Part shown: piece by piece, positions 50,628 to 63,544 of the stretch
Layout: every line of letters starts with the position of its first letter
Numbering within the stretch: position 1 is the first letter of the stretch
The notes under the pieces: model-generated
What the model was told of the DNA's origin: nothing
Seen by the model: only the letters and a program-made list of their open reading frames with translations
Database searches by the model: none
NCBI RefSeq assembly: GCF_036588685.1
Contig: NC_086373.1
Location: 73,842,001 to 73,906,000, forward strand
Reading direction: 5' to 3'
Origin: Mytilus trossulus
Lineage: Eukaryota
DNA: 64,000 bases
Position numbers and translations under genes: made by a program

Positions 50628-53600
50628 TCATATCTGATAAAAGTTCCATATATTAAACAAGAACTCGAAATATATAAATTCTCTGAACTCAATAATATCA
50701 GTTTAAATATTGGAAACAGATTAAAATTATGTACTAGTTTGCAACTTTTTTTGTATTATAGGCCTTGACATGAAGAATATTGACAGATGCACGGTTTTCA
50801 GTACTTATAAGTCAATGTATCAACTATGGTCGTAATGCTTGAAATGAGAATGAAAAATGTTGACTGACAGAAAATGATCCAGGTCATACGCTAAATATAG
50901 CAATTAGCCTTAATAATCAAACTTGATGCTACTCTACATGAATCAGGGAGAGAACATACAATCTATAGCATAATTAATAAGGGTATAGCACCCAATTAAT
51001 CAGCTGCTTCTGACAGGGTTAATTAAAACGAGACAGAAATTAACCAAATAACACCAACTGTACCAACTATCTTTAACTTGATCAGTAGTGAAATCAGTTT
51101 ATCAAATACCAACAAAAATTATGGTACAATACAATACAAACATTCGCAGACCTGCAAACAAGGGCAAATCCAGAAGCCACACTGACTAAGTAACAGTAGA
51201 AATAAACCAAGCATGCAGTAAATTCTACTTCTTCAATCACCCAAAACGGTATATTAATCAGTGTCCAACTGAATTAAAATTTTTGAGCAAACATATTAAC
51301 ACAAACAAAGCAAGTAAGCAAACCAAAACAAACCACTAACTTGCTAGCATTATGATGATAGCTGTTAAATCAGTTTAACTGTGTGTATTGCTGTGTGTTT
51401 GTTTGTTCAACATCCGTCGGATAAAGCTATATTATTTGTGTTTGTTTATATGTTTCGGAGTTAAGTGGGGCGTTCATTTTACTGATCTAGGACACATTAT
51501 TGATGGGCCATCATGCTGAAGCCAGCCTCCGTCGGGTTTGTGATTTTCACGTTGATTTGAAGACCCATTGATAGTCTTGGATTGTTTTCTGCTCTTTGCG
51601 GTTGGGTTTTTGTCCGACTCTCTGGCACATCCTATTTCAATCGATATTCTAATGGGTATTATTAATGCACCCTTAACTGTCGACTTTACTTGTATTAAAA
51701 TGTAGCCAAACCTAAACGAAACCATCTAAGACAAAAAACAGTCATGAAGCAATTGCCCAAATACCTTATTGTCGTATTAAGAATATTGACTATGTCCCTT
51801 TACCGAATAACTCATAAAATAGCAATTGATAGCCTCGGAAGGTTCTGGTCTTTGATGACATCCCATGAAATTTTGCATGTGGACAGTAGTACAGGTAGGC
51901 CTGGTTCATATCTGTATACTTAACCTTGAAATTGATGCATGTACACATGCTTTGGACGTTTTTAAAATCTTTTGTCAAACAGACATTCCAATTATTTTAA
52001 AAAGTGACATTCATTTTGTGCTATTCTTAGAGGCTTCAGCGAATAAGCAAGGCCTTGAAATAGAATTAATAAAGAATGTTCATTTCACTTCAGTAAGTAA
52101 GAGAACGTTCTCAGTATGACATTAACATAATTTCTAAATAGTATTTCATTTAGCAACTGGTCCACGCTGTAAATGACAATAAGGAGCCTAAAATGTAAGA
52201 GTTAGATATGTTGAAAAAAGTAAATTAACAAAAATACCAAACACCAAGGAAAATTCTAAACGGCGAAGGTCCCTAATATCAAGTGGCAAAACCAAATTAA
52301 GGCTCTTGGGGAATGGGAAACAACTGTCATATTCCTAACTTGGTACAGGCACTTCCTAATTATTGTATAGCTAGCTATACCTTTCACTTGTAAAATAATG
52401 GTTTGAAATGATTTAAATATATGAAAGCTGGGTCCGGCGGAGTTTTCAGTCCAAACTTGTTTTTTTTTAACTTTTTGTAGCCGTTTTTATCTTAAAATTT
52501 TGAAAGAATCTGGTTCAAATGTCACTCTTGTCCATGTTTGAAAATAATTATTCCAAATGATGCATTTACATTTGTTTTTGCTGTCTTCTAATTTTTCAGA
52601 ACTTGATGAAATCTTCAACTCTGAATTGGTTGCAATACAAACCATCTGCAAACTTCCAAGCCCCATTTTAATACATGTGAAGAAAAATAAAAACTTGATT
52701 ATATATAAATAAGAGGAATAACTCCTCTCAGGGGTTTTAGTGGCGATTAAGTACATTTAATGGTTTGAAAATTATATTTTTGGGAGATTTTTTTGTTCTC
52801 ATGATGTAATGTTGCCTTCCATCGTTGTGTCTGCAATATACTGAGTAATTATAAAGCAGGTAAATATGGTCATTCAGGGGCAATAACTACTTTAAGAAAT
52901 CGGTTGACAATATCGACCATGTTAGCTTATTTGTAGATCTTTTCGTGCTTAAAATCTTTGCTTATACAATTTCTCTCCATTAATAATGGTTTCTGCAAAA
53001 ACTCTTTTAACCATATTTTCCAAAAAAAAAAGTAGAAAGGGTAAACATTATCATTTATTGGTATTACAGTTCTTATAAAGGGTCAGTTGAAGATATCTGC
53101 AAAGTCGAATAATTTGAAGAGATAATTGTTCTGGTCACTATTATTTCTCTGCATGGTTTCGATATAAAGAAGAAAAAAAATCATTTCAGGGGCAGTAACT
53201 CCATAATTAGTTGTCCCCCTTTTTTTTTATGAAACATCAGTAAAAGAATGACATTGTCCTGCTGATAATGTTAACTCTATATCATATTTGCTCTTACTGC
53301 TTTAGACTTTGTAGCAAGCAAAAACCATTTACTAAAAAATGGTATTTCAAGGCCAATAACTCAAAAATGGGTTGTAAATTGTTCTGAAAATTCTACAGGA
53401 AATAGGACAAATGTTATGACCATCATATCCAACACCCAAACACCTTTTATCATCAACAATACACCAATTTAAGGTTTGGGAGGAAGTTATCTTCCTTGGC
53501 AAAGTAACTAGTAAGAACAATGAATCTGGAAACCATACCATAGCCAGAATCGCAACAGCATGCATGACACACTTTAGCATGGTTTTAACCCATATAGAAG

Positions 53601-53714
53601 TTAAGTAAATAGGGTCTTTAGACCAAGCTCAAAATATGTAACAGCAATGCTAAATCTTTTCTTCTCTACAGTTTTGAATGTTGGAGGATAGCTCTTACTG
53701 ATCTACAAAAATTA

Positions 53715-53802
53715 GATGCTTTCCACAACTGCTGTCTGGGAAATACATAGGGCAGTTTGATGCTTTCCACAACTGCTGTCTGGGAAATACATAGGGCAGT
53801 TT
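53715..53802. repeat. Perfect 44-bp tandem duplication
   Basis: GATGCTTTCCACAACTGCTGTCTGGGAAATACATAGGGCAGTTT x2. Confidence 0.9.
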
Positions 53803-55244
53803 GGCAAAGAAAAAGATCAAAAACAAAAAGCTAGTCACTAATCAAAATCACCAAAATCAAAGAAAATTACAACAGATATCAAATAAAGATGGAAATGTAT
53901 TGTGAATACAACATTCCTCTTTTTTTTAAATGAAAGCTTTGCATTGGACTTCATTGGACTTAAACAGCAAAAAAAACTTGCAAGACCTTGCAAAGAACAG
54001 TAACATCATTACTGCAAGAAATGGTTTGGTTTCGGAAAAGCACAATATACAACTAAGAATAGACAGAAGTAAAAGCTGTTTGTTATGGCCTTATGTCCAA
54101 TTGCCATGATTTGGAATGGGAAGGAGGATAGGAAGGTAGAGTTATCAAATATTTCTTAAAAATTAAGGAGATAGACCTTGTCCTGCTTACAATGCCTATG
54201 TCAGATTTGTTCTCACTGCTTAAAATTTTGAGAAAAGGTAAAAAACTGCATTTAATCCCTTTATTCTATTTATAGCAACAGCTGCCATGTTTGATGATTC
54301 TAAACAAGATACCATTAGGATCATTCAGATAAAGTTTAGTAACATTTGAAAATTGTTCATGTATTGCTTTTATGATCTTTAATGAGATTTTTCATTTTTT
54401 TTCTTTTTTCTTTTTTTACATGTACATTTTTTTCCTGAAATAATAAAATGTTTAAATGTAAATACAAATGGTGCATAAGTATGGTAAACTTGACATGACA
54501 ATCTAAATTAACATGAAAGCTTTAAGTAATATGGTCTTTAATGAGTAACATACACAGTGTCATTGTTATAATGGACAAAGTCTCATAACTCCAGCAAGTT
54601 TAAGATAAGTGATCATTTTACAAATGAAAGTACATTGTCAAGAAAAATTATAAACTTCGATTATTTAAGCATTTTTCACAAGAGAAGTAATTGCTTTTGG
54701 TGTGTCAAATACACGTATTTTGATTTTTGATTTTAAGTTGAATACACCGTTCTTTATCAGTTGTCTTCGACAAGTTATGACAAGAGTTATGTATGATAAA
54801 AAAGAGAAAAATATTAATCAAATGAAATTAATTGGACAAATTTGACCTGAGAAGTTTAATTAAAATGGAGTTAACATTTTTTTTAATTACCATTGTTAGT
54901 TCTGATTACATGTATATTGATACAGTAATCAAGTGGACTTTGATCACAGTGTTTCACCATGTGGTACTAATTAGATAATTACTACGATTGATGTTTCTCT
55001 CATCAAATGAAATCAAAAGATATTATAGATAATCTTTCATTCATATTTTACACAGGCACTATTCTCAAAAAAAAAAATTCTATATATTCTGAGACGAGTG
55101 CCTGTGATATTTTAGACTTATGTGTTTACTGGTGACTTTAACTTTTGGAAAATATGACTACAGCAAATATGTTTGAATTATTGCTTATTTATATTGCAAA
55201 TACATCATTTACATCATTAGAAAAATGAACCCATTTTGGGCTTA

Positions 55245-55375
55245 TAATAAAATTGAGAATGGAAATGGGGAATGTGCCAAAGAGACAACAACCCGACCAT
55301 AAAGCAGAAAACAGCAGAAGGTCACAACAGGTCTTCAATGCAACTAGAAATTCCTGCACCCGGAGGTGTCCTTCC
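55245..55375. repeat. Dispersed repeat (AAAATTGAGAATGGAAATGGGGAATGTG family)
   Basis: Near-identical copy at 62203-62326; inverted copies near 41565-41610, 43150-43282 and 51520-51640. Confidence 0.75.
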
Positions 55376-55422
55376 TTATTTATTTTTTTTTGGTGGAGGA
55401 AGCGGTAGAGCCAAGAGGATAT

Positions 55423-55572
55423 GACAACCTACGATAAGAAAACTGACAATCCTAGTCAATGAAGATTGGAGTCTAGTGCACCCACACAAGCAGGGTTCGA
55501 ACTCACAACATCAGTGTGGACTGGCTAGTAATTTCAGTAGTAACCACTTATACCCCTCAGCTAACGAGGCCC
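55423..55572 (-). mobile_element. tRNA-derived SINE, 5' part
   Basis: Minus strand reads GGGCCTCGTTAGCTGAGGGG (A box) ... GTGAGTTCGAACCC (B box); the body motif GAAAACTGACAAT..AAGATTGGA recurs at 61628-61660. Confidence 0.7.
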
Positions 55573-55970
55573 CTCTCATGCCAAGTGAAAATTTTAAATC
55601 GTAAATTACATCAATATTATTGTTTATTAAATAAATAATAGTTTAGTTAAAAATTTCCATTAAAAAACAACAAATCATTCCATGACTTTATTCCTGTGAT
55701 GTCTTGTCTATTAAAATTGACCTTTTTGGTTTAATTATAAGGAGATAATGTGGAAGAGAAAAGATGAACAATGAAGGCAAAAAAATAAAACACTGAAATT
55801 TATTATGAGTTGTACAAATTTTTGTACAATGTTTGCAAAACATGTATGAAAATGAATAGGATACATGCAAAAGTTTTTTTTGTGTTTTCTGTCTCCTTGT
55901 TATTGACTTTGAATATACTTGAAGGTCACTGGTACTGTACACATCATACACATCATGCACATCACACACA

Positions 55971-56012
55971 TCATGTATAGGACAATAAATTAATCTCATA
56001 ACATCCATCAAC
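55971..56012 (-). CDS. NICN1: Nicolin-1 (tubulin polyglutamylase complex subunit), last coding exon: VDGCYEINLLSYT*
   Basis: Acceptor ttttttcag, phase 0, TGA at 55971-55973; matches the nicolin-1 C-terminus VDGCYDLNLLSYT. Confidence 0.95.
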   Translation of the reverse strand, partial: VDGCYEINLLSYT

Positions 56013-56129
56013 CTGAAAAAAGAAACATAAATTAAGTTTAATATTTTAAAGGATAATATATCTCATTTCAGAGAGACTAATACCAATTTTGACTCAAAAT
56101 TTAATATTCTTTATAATATGTACCTATCG

Positions 56130-56283
56130 ACTGGGTGTTAGTGTAATAGCAAATTTGTTGTCACTGGGATACCAACTATTGCTCGAGGTAAACTGGTAAA
56201 GTCTAGAGCAATAGTTAGTATGCAAAGGGACAACAAACTTGCTATTACCCTCACAACAAGTCATAAGTTGTTTTATTATACTG
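56130..56283. mobile_element. Degenerate long hairpin element in the last NICN1 intron
   Basis: Arms GTAATAGCAAATTTGTTGTC...AACTATTGCTC / GAGCAATAGTT...GACAACAAACTTGCTATTAC, followed by TTATACTG. Confidence 0.55.
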
Positions 56284-57112
56284 TATAACACAGTCATTAT
56301 AAGTGTTTTTATATACCAAATTAACTTATTTTTTAAAAGTGTACATATATCATCTGAAAGAAAAGAAAAATGACATATAACTTGACATGCACAAGATAAA
56401 CTATATGTTTTTTTTTATAGTTCATGTTGTATTTGTAATTATTTCATTAATTGCAATCAAGATTAAAATACTTGTCTTAAACTTTCCGTGCATATAATAA
56501 ATTCTAGCTAAAGTACACCAAACGCAAATACATTTTATAATACGACGACCAACACATATTATAAATAAGGTACTAAAATTTAGATCTATAAAAAATGTGC
56601 GTAAAGATTTTCTTATTGTTTTATAATTGCTTCTTGAAATTACAATAGACACAAACAGATTATACCATTTAAGACAATAGATTTTGACAATGCCAAGCAC
56701 ACAAATTCAAGTAGAATAGTCAATGACATCATTTTTGTACAATGAAAAATAATGAAAAATTCAGGAAAGATGATTATAAAACTATTTTAAAACCAGGGTA
56801 ATAGTCTTTGAAACTGTGGAATGAAATAGGACAACTCTTTCATTATTTTTTTAAATAGAAAAAAACTTACTGAGGTATAATAATAATAAGAAATACTGTT
56901 GAGGAATAACCTTTAACACACAAAAGTTTATGCAAAACTAACAGACAAAGCGTTACCAAATTTATGTATTTAGCAAAACTAACAAACAAAGGGTTACAAC
57001 TATTATATTTAGCAAGAAGATGGTGTAATATAATATTTTGTAATCCAGCCTCATTGGTATAGCTGCATAAAATATCCCCCCTCCAAATGAGCAGACAATA
57101 CATTAATGATAC

Positions 57113-57217
57113 CTCATATCTTCCTAGGGCTCTTTCTGTCTGCTTGGCACCTACTTCTTCTGCCAATGCCCAAAGATGCTGTAGACTTGATGATATTGCT
57201 TCCAAGTTAGGGACACT
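57113..57217 (-). CDS. NICN1: Nicolin-1 exon: SVPNLEAISSSLQHLWALAEEVGAKQTERALGRYE
   Basis: 105 nt, cag/gtatca boundaries, phase 0-0; matches the nicolin-1 QQMWALTE...IGRFD segment. Confidence 0.92.
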
Positions 57218-59517
57218 CTGTAATCAGAAAACAATGTGTGAGAAGAAAAGTACCATTAAAACAAATCAATTTTTATAAATAGTTACCGTTATAAATATTT
57301 TGTTTAGGTATACATGCAGCCTGTCAGCAGGTGAAATATTTTATTTGTTATTTCTAAAAGTAAATTGATTCCACAAATTTATCCTTAAAATTTTGAAATT
57401 CAAAGAGATAAAGAGGACAATATTTACTGGATCTGAAACTGTTCTATATGATGTTGTCATAGTAATGATTCAGTAATTAGATTAAAATCACTTCAAATAA
57501 GTTTTTAACTTTTTAAATACATGCAAAGTGGACCATGAATTTAGTTGCATTCTTCTTATTTAAAGATGTTAGGGTCTGTTTATATGGATATTGGTGCTGA
57601 TGGTACTTTAAAAACAATTCCCATTTATTGCACAGTGGAAGACAGAAAATGTAAGAATTCTAAATTCTGAAGTTCATGCAAATAGTAACAAGAAGTATGT
57701 TTACAAATTATAAATCTGTACAGAAGGTATAGAGACAAAAAAAACCAATTTCATAATTTTGTCTCATATCTTTTGTCCATTTTTTGGTAGTCTATAGACA
57801 GTTTCAGTATGAAATCATGTTGTGAAAACATAGCAATTCAAAATTTACTTTAAGTATGTAAGAAGTGGGTGTTTTCATGCTGTGTGTGAACTGTGAAGGT
57901 GATTGAGAATTCTTGAATTTTCATTGGCACAAAAAAAATATAAATAACTTGGAATTATCTTAATCTGATTATCTTAATATTATGTGTGAATTATTCAACC
58001 TGGAAAACAATGACCTCAAAAACTCAAAAGATTTTTAACAGATTAAATGTATAACAGGCTATTATTTTTAATTATGGAATTTGCTTGATTTCTTGTTATT
58101 GAAATTTTTCATAAATTCCATGTTTATTCTGTACTGAAATGTTCTGTGCTGCGCACAACACTTTCTATTAAAAAGAAAAAAGTATATTTTCAATAGAATG
58201 TACTGTGCCGCTCACAACACTATCTAAACCAAAATACATTGTATGGAAAGTGTTATTAACCACTCAAAAGATTATAATACCAAATAAACATAGAATTTAT
58301 TAAAAATTTTAAACACAAGAAATTATGCAAATTTCATAATAAAAATAATTCCAAGTTCAAATAATATCCTATTGTATACTATATTTAGGAGAAATTGCTA
58401 TCTTGAACTTTTAATCAGCACAAGAACTACAGAGCTGGAACTACATGAAAGACCACAATCTTATGAAGAATTAACATCAATTTTAAAGAGTGAAATGGTT
58501 GCTTATTTTACATTATAGGTCAGATGTAAAATGTTTTTCTTCTCAGAGATTGCCATCTTAAGTGCTGATTACCATTAAAACGGCAAGTCTGCAGATTTTG
58601 TCCTTACTATGAAACAATTTCTATGGACAGCACTTTTGTAAAAGTTGAGTTCCATATCAGAAGCGACCAAAATCTTTGTTGGATTCCAACATATGAATAT
58701 TCCTATTGTGTTAAAGTCTTAATTTCTAATTTGTCCTTTTGTTTCTTAGAACATATCGATAAGATAAATATGTTGTATATAATATATTATACAAAAATGG
58801 GTGCAAAATGACAACAATACATCACAAAGTTCTTTATATATATATTTCTGCCTTATACACATAGCAATGTAACTTTAAAGGTATAAAATCTAAAAGTAAT
58901 TATAAAAATGTGAAGATCACCAAGCATGTGACTTAAAACGAAGTAATGGTGATTGTACTAAATGTAACAATTAATTTGGTGCACAACAAGCCTGCAAAAC
59001 TGAAAATCATAAGTTATTGTACAAAACTGTAAGAAGGCATTTCAGACTTTTTGAAAAGCTTTATATACAAATAAAACAAAATAAATCAAAGACTGCAAAA
59101 TGCTGCAAGCAGAGCTCATCAATTCCTACTGCCTACTCCATGAGTTGGCATATAGAATCCAGCACTCATTTAGATAAAATAAAAAATGGAATTGGAGATG
59201 CACAAAACAATTCATGATGAAGTATTTGCAGAGATGTGAAGATCACCAAGCATGTGACTTCAAACAAACTAACAGTAATTGTACTAAATGCACAATACTA
59301 TTCATGATTGCGATTATCTGATATTTTTACTGACAAAGGAGACATTGTTAATACAAAAGTCAAATGAAAAAACAAACACAACAATCTTTTTATATACCTC
59401 TCTTTCATTAAAGCAATGATATAATAATGGCAAAACTACGAAACTGTACTTAAAAGTTAATAAATGCATGCGATATATACTTGAGTCTCTACTAAGAATT
59501 TAGGGGTGCTAATTGAT

Positions 59518-59593
59518 TTGGAAACCTAGTAAATGGTCTTATACCATAGATTTATTGGAAACGTAGTAAATGGTCTTATACCATAGATTTATT
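59518..59593. repeat. 37-bp tandem duplication
   Basis: TTGGAAAC(C/G)TAGTAAATGGTCTTATACCATAGATTTA x2. Confidence 0.85.
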
Positions 59594-60403
59594 TGATACA
59601 TATATATCTGTATACTGGTACAAAGTAAAGAAAACTGATTGACCACAGTTTCAATATGTTATTCTACCTCTTTCAATGTTTCCAACATGTATTTCGATCA
59701 AGTTTTCATCTCCATTTGGCAGGTACCCATAAAAAAAATTAATAAATAAAACAAGATGGTGCTTGTCACAAACTTATTGTTCAGAGTTTATAAGACAATA
59801 AATATTTGAACTGAATTGAATATAACAAAACATTGGCTTTTTTGTGTAATTTTTTTTAAAGATTCAACATCTTTAATCCTTTATCCCACATCCAAATACT
59901 GGGTTGTCCCCCTAATTCATATTATTTGTGTGGAAAGTTTGACAAAAAGTCATCAATTTTGGTCCATTATTAAGTACTTTCTATGAACTTAATGCTGCTT
60001 TTGAATGGATTCTTGAAAATCCTCATTACTATAGTAATCAATTATATCTTAACACAAAAAAACTGAAAAATTAAGAAATAATAAAAAAGTAAACCGAAAT
60101 TACTTGTAAATGAAAAACCACATTCAAAATATAAGATATGAAAGCTAAAAAGCTTGGAATATGCAGGAAAAGGGATCATACTAGTCCAATAAAAAGATTA
60201 ATCATGATGCAAGGTGAAACAAATTCTCATATTCACATAGTGAGATTCCAGTTGCAACTTCAAGGTGTCAAATGTTAGGCAAATTAACCTTAAGATATAA
60301 CAAGTGGTCTGTGAATGTTATTAATTGTATCCATGTTGTCAGCATCTTTATCATAACATTAATTACTTGTAAACTGAAATGGCTTTTCTGTTTGTATAAA
60401 CAA

Positions 60404-60499
60404 TACTTATATTACATATAAGTAAAATACTTATATTACATATAAGTAAAATACTTATATTACATATAAGTAAAATACTTATATTACATATAAGTAAAA
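60404..60499. repeat. 24-bp minisatellite x4, each unit a hairpin
   Basis: TACTTATAT-TAC-ATATAAGTA-AAA repeated exactly at 60404, 60428, 60452 and 60476. Confidence 0.92.
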
Positions 60500-61114
60500 T
60501 ATATATAACAAATGTATATTAAAAAAAAATCTAAAACAATTTTGGCGTACAGTATAATTACTAAAATGAACACTTCTATAAGGAATACAGGGAAGCAATC
60601 AAAATAATAATTAAGCCTTGTTTTGATTGGTCAATTAGTGCAGCCTCTACCTTTACATACTATACATCTTACCGCCAAACAAGGAGAACGCTCAGATCGT
60701 AATTTGTCACAAAAAGAGTCATTATCTAGGTCATTCTGTAAATTTAAAATTATGATTTGAAAATCACTAAATTTCAAGCTGTTGATTAACCTTATATAAT
60801 TGATTATAATAACACATATTGATGGCAAAAAAATGTTCTGTGTGTTGAAATTTATACTCTAGAAATTCTTTTTTTTTTAAAGAAAGACAATGATCTGTAT
60901 ATGTAGACAGAAGTTATCATTAAACACTACAATGCTTACTAATACTAAAATCTTAGACTTCAGTATCATAATAATTTTGGTTCCAAAGAACCAGCAGTCA
61001 TACCAGACTTTGTATGAAAACACATTGAAAAAGTGTAATGCATAGACAGAGAGGAGCTCCAGATTGAAATTTGAACATGCAAAGAAACATTGAGGCATCA
61101 AACTGAAAACTTAC

Positions 61115-61180
61115 ATCAGATTTTTTTGATTTTCCTGAATCTTCTATCAGCCAGGATGGTAGTGCTGGTGTTTTATTCAT
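61115..61180 (-). CDS. NICN1: Nicolin-1 exon: MNKTPALPSWLIEDSGKSKKSD
   Basis: 66 nt, ttgcag/gtaagt boundaries, phase 0-0; P-x-W-L motif as in nicolin-1. Confidence 0.88.
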
Positions 61181-61258
61181 CTGCAACAGAGGAAAACATA
61201 TAACTCAAAGTTAACTTTTATGTGTCGGGGACTCTGGATCATAGCATGAGATATTGAT

Positions 61259-61544
61259 TTATACTGCAACTAGTTGTGTTTATTTCCTAAATATAGTAAC
61301 ATAGCTATATTTTTTATAATGTCAATTTCATCATTAAACACTTTCTCCACAATCAGGGGTTCATTAAGGGATGAAAACAACTTATGTTGCAGTATAAAAA
61401 CAATATAAGGTCAATGTCATTAAAATATAAAATTTCTTGTACTCAGTGCAAAATTGGGGAAGGTCTCGGTAGAACCTCATCCTCCCCAGTTTCTCAGCCT
61501 CATGCAAAAAAGTTTATATTTTTCTTTCATTGACCTTATATTGT
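61259..61544. mobile_element. Double-inverted-repeat hairpin element related to 22558-23113
   Basis: TTATACTGCAAC (61259) / GTTGCAGTATAA (61386), then hairpin ACAATATAAGGTCAATG / CATTGACCTTATATTGT with the same loop CTCGGTAGAACCTC. Confidence 0.65.
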
Positions 61545-61988
61545 ATATGCAGCATTGTATTGATTGATTGGTGTTTAAAGTGTCACTTTCAGCTGGAGTG
61601 CCCAGATAGAACCATGACCTTCAGTAGGAAAACTGACAATTCTACCCAATTAAGATTGGATTCAAGTGTCTCCCTTTGAAGAAGCTTTATAGTTAAGTAT
61701 AAATATTTATAAGGAAATAAAAATAACAATTTGATAATTTAGGTTGAGGTCATAAAATTGTTTCAAATCAAAGACAAGAAATTAATTTCCAAGTGTTAGC
61801 AATGAAGGTTTTAAAATTATTTTTTGGGGTAAATTTCAAAAGGGAGATAACTCTAATTGTAATTTGAAAAAAAATTAATATCACATTAGTTCAGTGTATA
61901 ACCTTTTGATTATTCTTTACTCTAATGAAAGTCTAATAACAAGTAATGACTAATGTATCAAATAAGCTTGTGAAGTATAGAACATTAC

Positions 61989-62099
61989 CTCTGCTGATCT
62001 GTATAACTTCAATTCTTCAATTCTAAAATCTTTCCATACAGGTGACGGCTGTTGTAATATCACACGTAATTGAATTATATTGCTCAGTTCATTCATAAA
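61989..62099 (-). CDS. NICN1: Nicolin-1 exon: FMNELSNIIQLRVILQQPSPVWKDFRIEELKLYRSAE
   Basis: 111 nt, ctgcag/gtaatg boundaries, phase 0-0; matches the nicolin-1 LRLILRQPSPLW..F.VEEL segment. Not in the ORF track. Confidence 0.95.
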
Positions 62100-63067
62100 C
62101 TGCAGAGAAAAATCAAAATATGATAAACCAGAGAAACAAAAATATAATAATCATTCACTTTTAAAAATAGCAAACACATATTTAAAGCATAATAATACAA
62201 TGTAAAATTGAGAATGGAAATGGGGAATGTGTCAAAGAGACAACAACCTGACCAAATAAAAAAAACAACAGCAGAAGGTCACCAACAGGTCTTCAATGTA
62301 GCGAGAAATTCCCGCACCTGGAGGTGCATGAGTAACTCTTTTTGACAGCTTTTACATCCGTAAATAAATATTAAACGCATTATCGCTATTTTGTGCATTT
62401 TTCCTGTGATCTTTTTTTTGTGATAATTTTTCATATTATGCTACTCGCTTGAGATGGAAAATTATCCCATATGGTCCTCTCAACACGATTGCTTTTCTTG
62501 CTTTTGCTGTACTGGCTCAAGCGAGAAAATCAATCTCGTTGAGATGATCAACGATAATCTATAAATATATAGATTCTTACACTGATAATAGTGGATTATC
62601 CTATTCATCCAATTGAGATAGTTACCTTGGTGAAAACTTTAAAATTTACAATTTAACTATCAAGATTGGATAAATCCCAAAATACAAGAGCAAATATGTA
62701 AGATAGATATAGGAAGATGTGCAACTATTGAATGCAAAAAGTTGACCACAGGGTCTTCATGTTGATGAGTTTGTGCTAATAAATGTTTGAATTTGTCCAT
62801 AAATAATAATTGCATGATCTCCAAGAACAGCTTAGTAAATTACTTCTAGTACTTTTTCCTTAATTTTTATGATTTTATTATGCTGTGTTTTTCTAGATTT
62901 TTATATTACGTGAAACGTTTTAGTGATTTTTAGTGATAATTCCACATTTTTCTGTGTTCAGACAGAAGTTATTACATATTTCTTGCCATTAAGGCAGAAG
63001 TAATTACATGTTTCTTGTCATTAACACAGAAATAATCACAAGTTTTTTTGCCATTAAATATAGATTA

Positions 63068-63182
63068 TTACATTGATACAAGGGAATTATCAGATTTATC
63101 CAATCGAGATAGTTAAAATAAAATTTATAATTTAAACTATGGAGATTGGATAAATCTGATAATCCACTTGTTACTATGTAAT
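63068..63182. mobile_element. Long hairpin element (partial second copy at 62577-62677)
   Basis: Arms ATTATCAGATTTATCCAATC..GATAGTT / AACTAT..GATTGGATAAATCTGATAAT. Confidence 0.6.
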
Positions 63183-63443
63183 AATCTGTTTCTCTACTGA
63201 TTAACAGATAATTTTTCTTCTTTTCTAAACCAAAATCCCCTTTGAGTACCTTCCACGTTCCACGAAGATGTCAATTTCATTAACACTTGTTCAAACATTT
63301 TGATCAATTCAGGGAGCTGAGAAAGGTTATGACCCTTTGACTCAGCCAATCATCTTCTGAGATCACCAGCAACCACACATTGATATATACAATTGGTTCG
63401 GAAAGGGATATATTTCCATAGAATTAGAGAAAAGTATAATTAC

Positions 63444-63544
63444 ATGTTTCTTGCCAAGACAGAAGTAATCTTGGGAACCTTCTTCCATATGTGGGTTTGG
63501 CATCAGCCTAAATCTTCTGACACAAGTTTTCCATTTAGCATCAC
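63444..63544 (-). CDS. NICN1: Nicolin-1 exon: DAKWKTCVRRFRLMPNPHMEEGSQDYFCLGKKH; 5' exons not identified within the window
   Basis: 101 nt, ttttag/gtaatt boundaries, phase 1-0; matches nicolin-1 AKWVTC....LMPDPHSEEGAQEY. Confidence 0.95.

Noticed and set aside
52850-53420. Upstream coding exons of DYRK2
   Set aside because: The region consists of degenerate inverted HINE-A-like units (GGGCAATAACT..., CTTATTTGTAGATCTT); the ORF at 53347-53580 has no recognisable features.
55688-56011. 107-aa ORF
   Set aside because: Wrong frame over the last NICN1 exon and its 3'UTR repeat.
60404-60499. CRISPR-like palindromic direct repeats
   Set aside because: No unique spacers, no cas genes and a eukaryotic context; it is a simple minisatellite.
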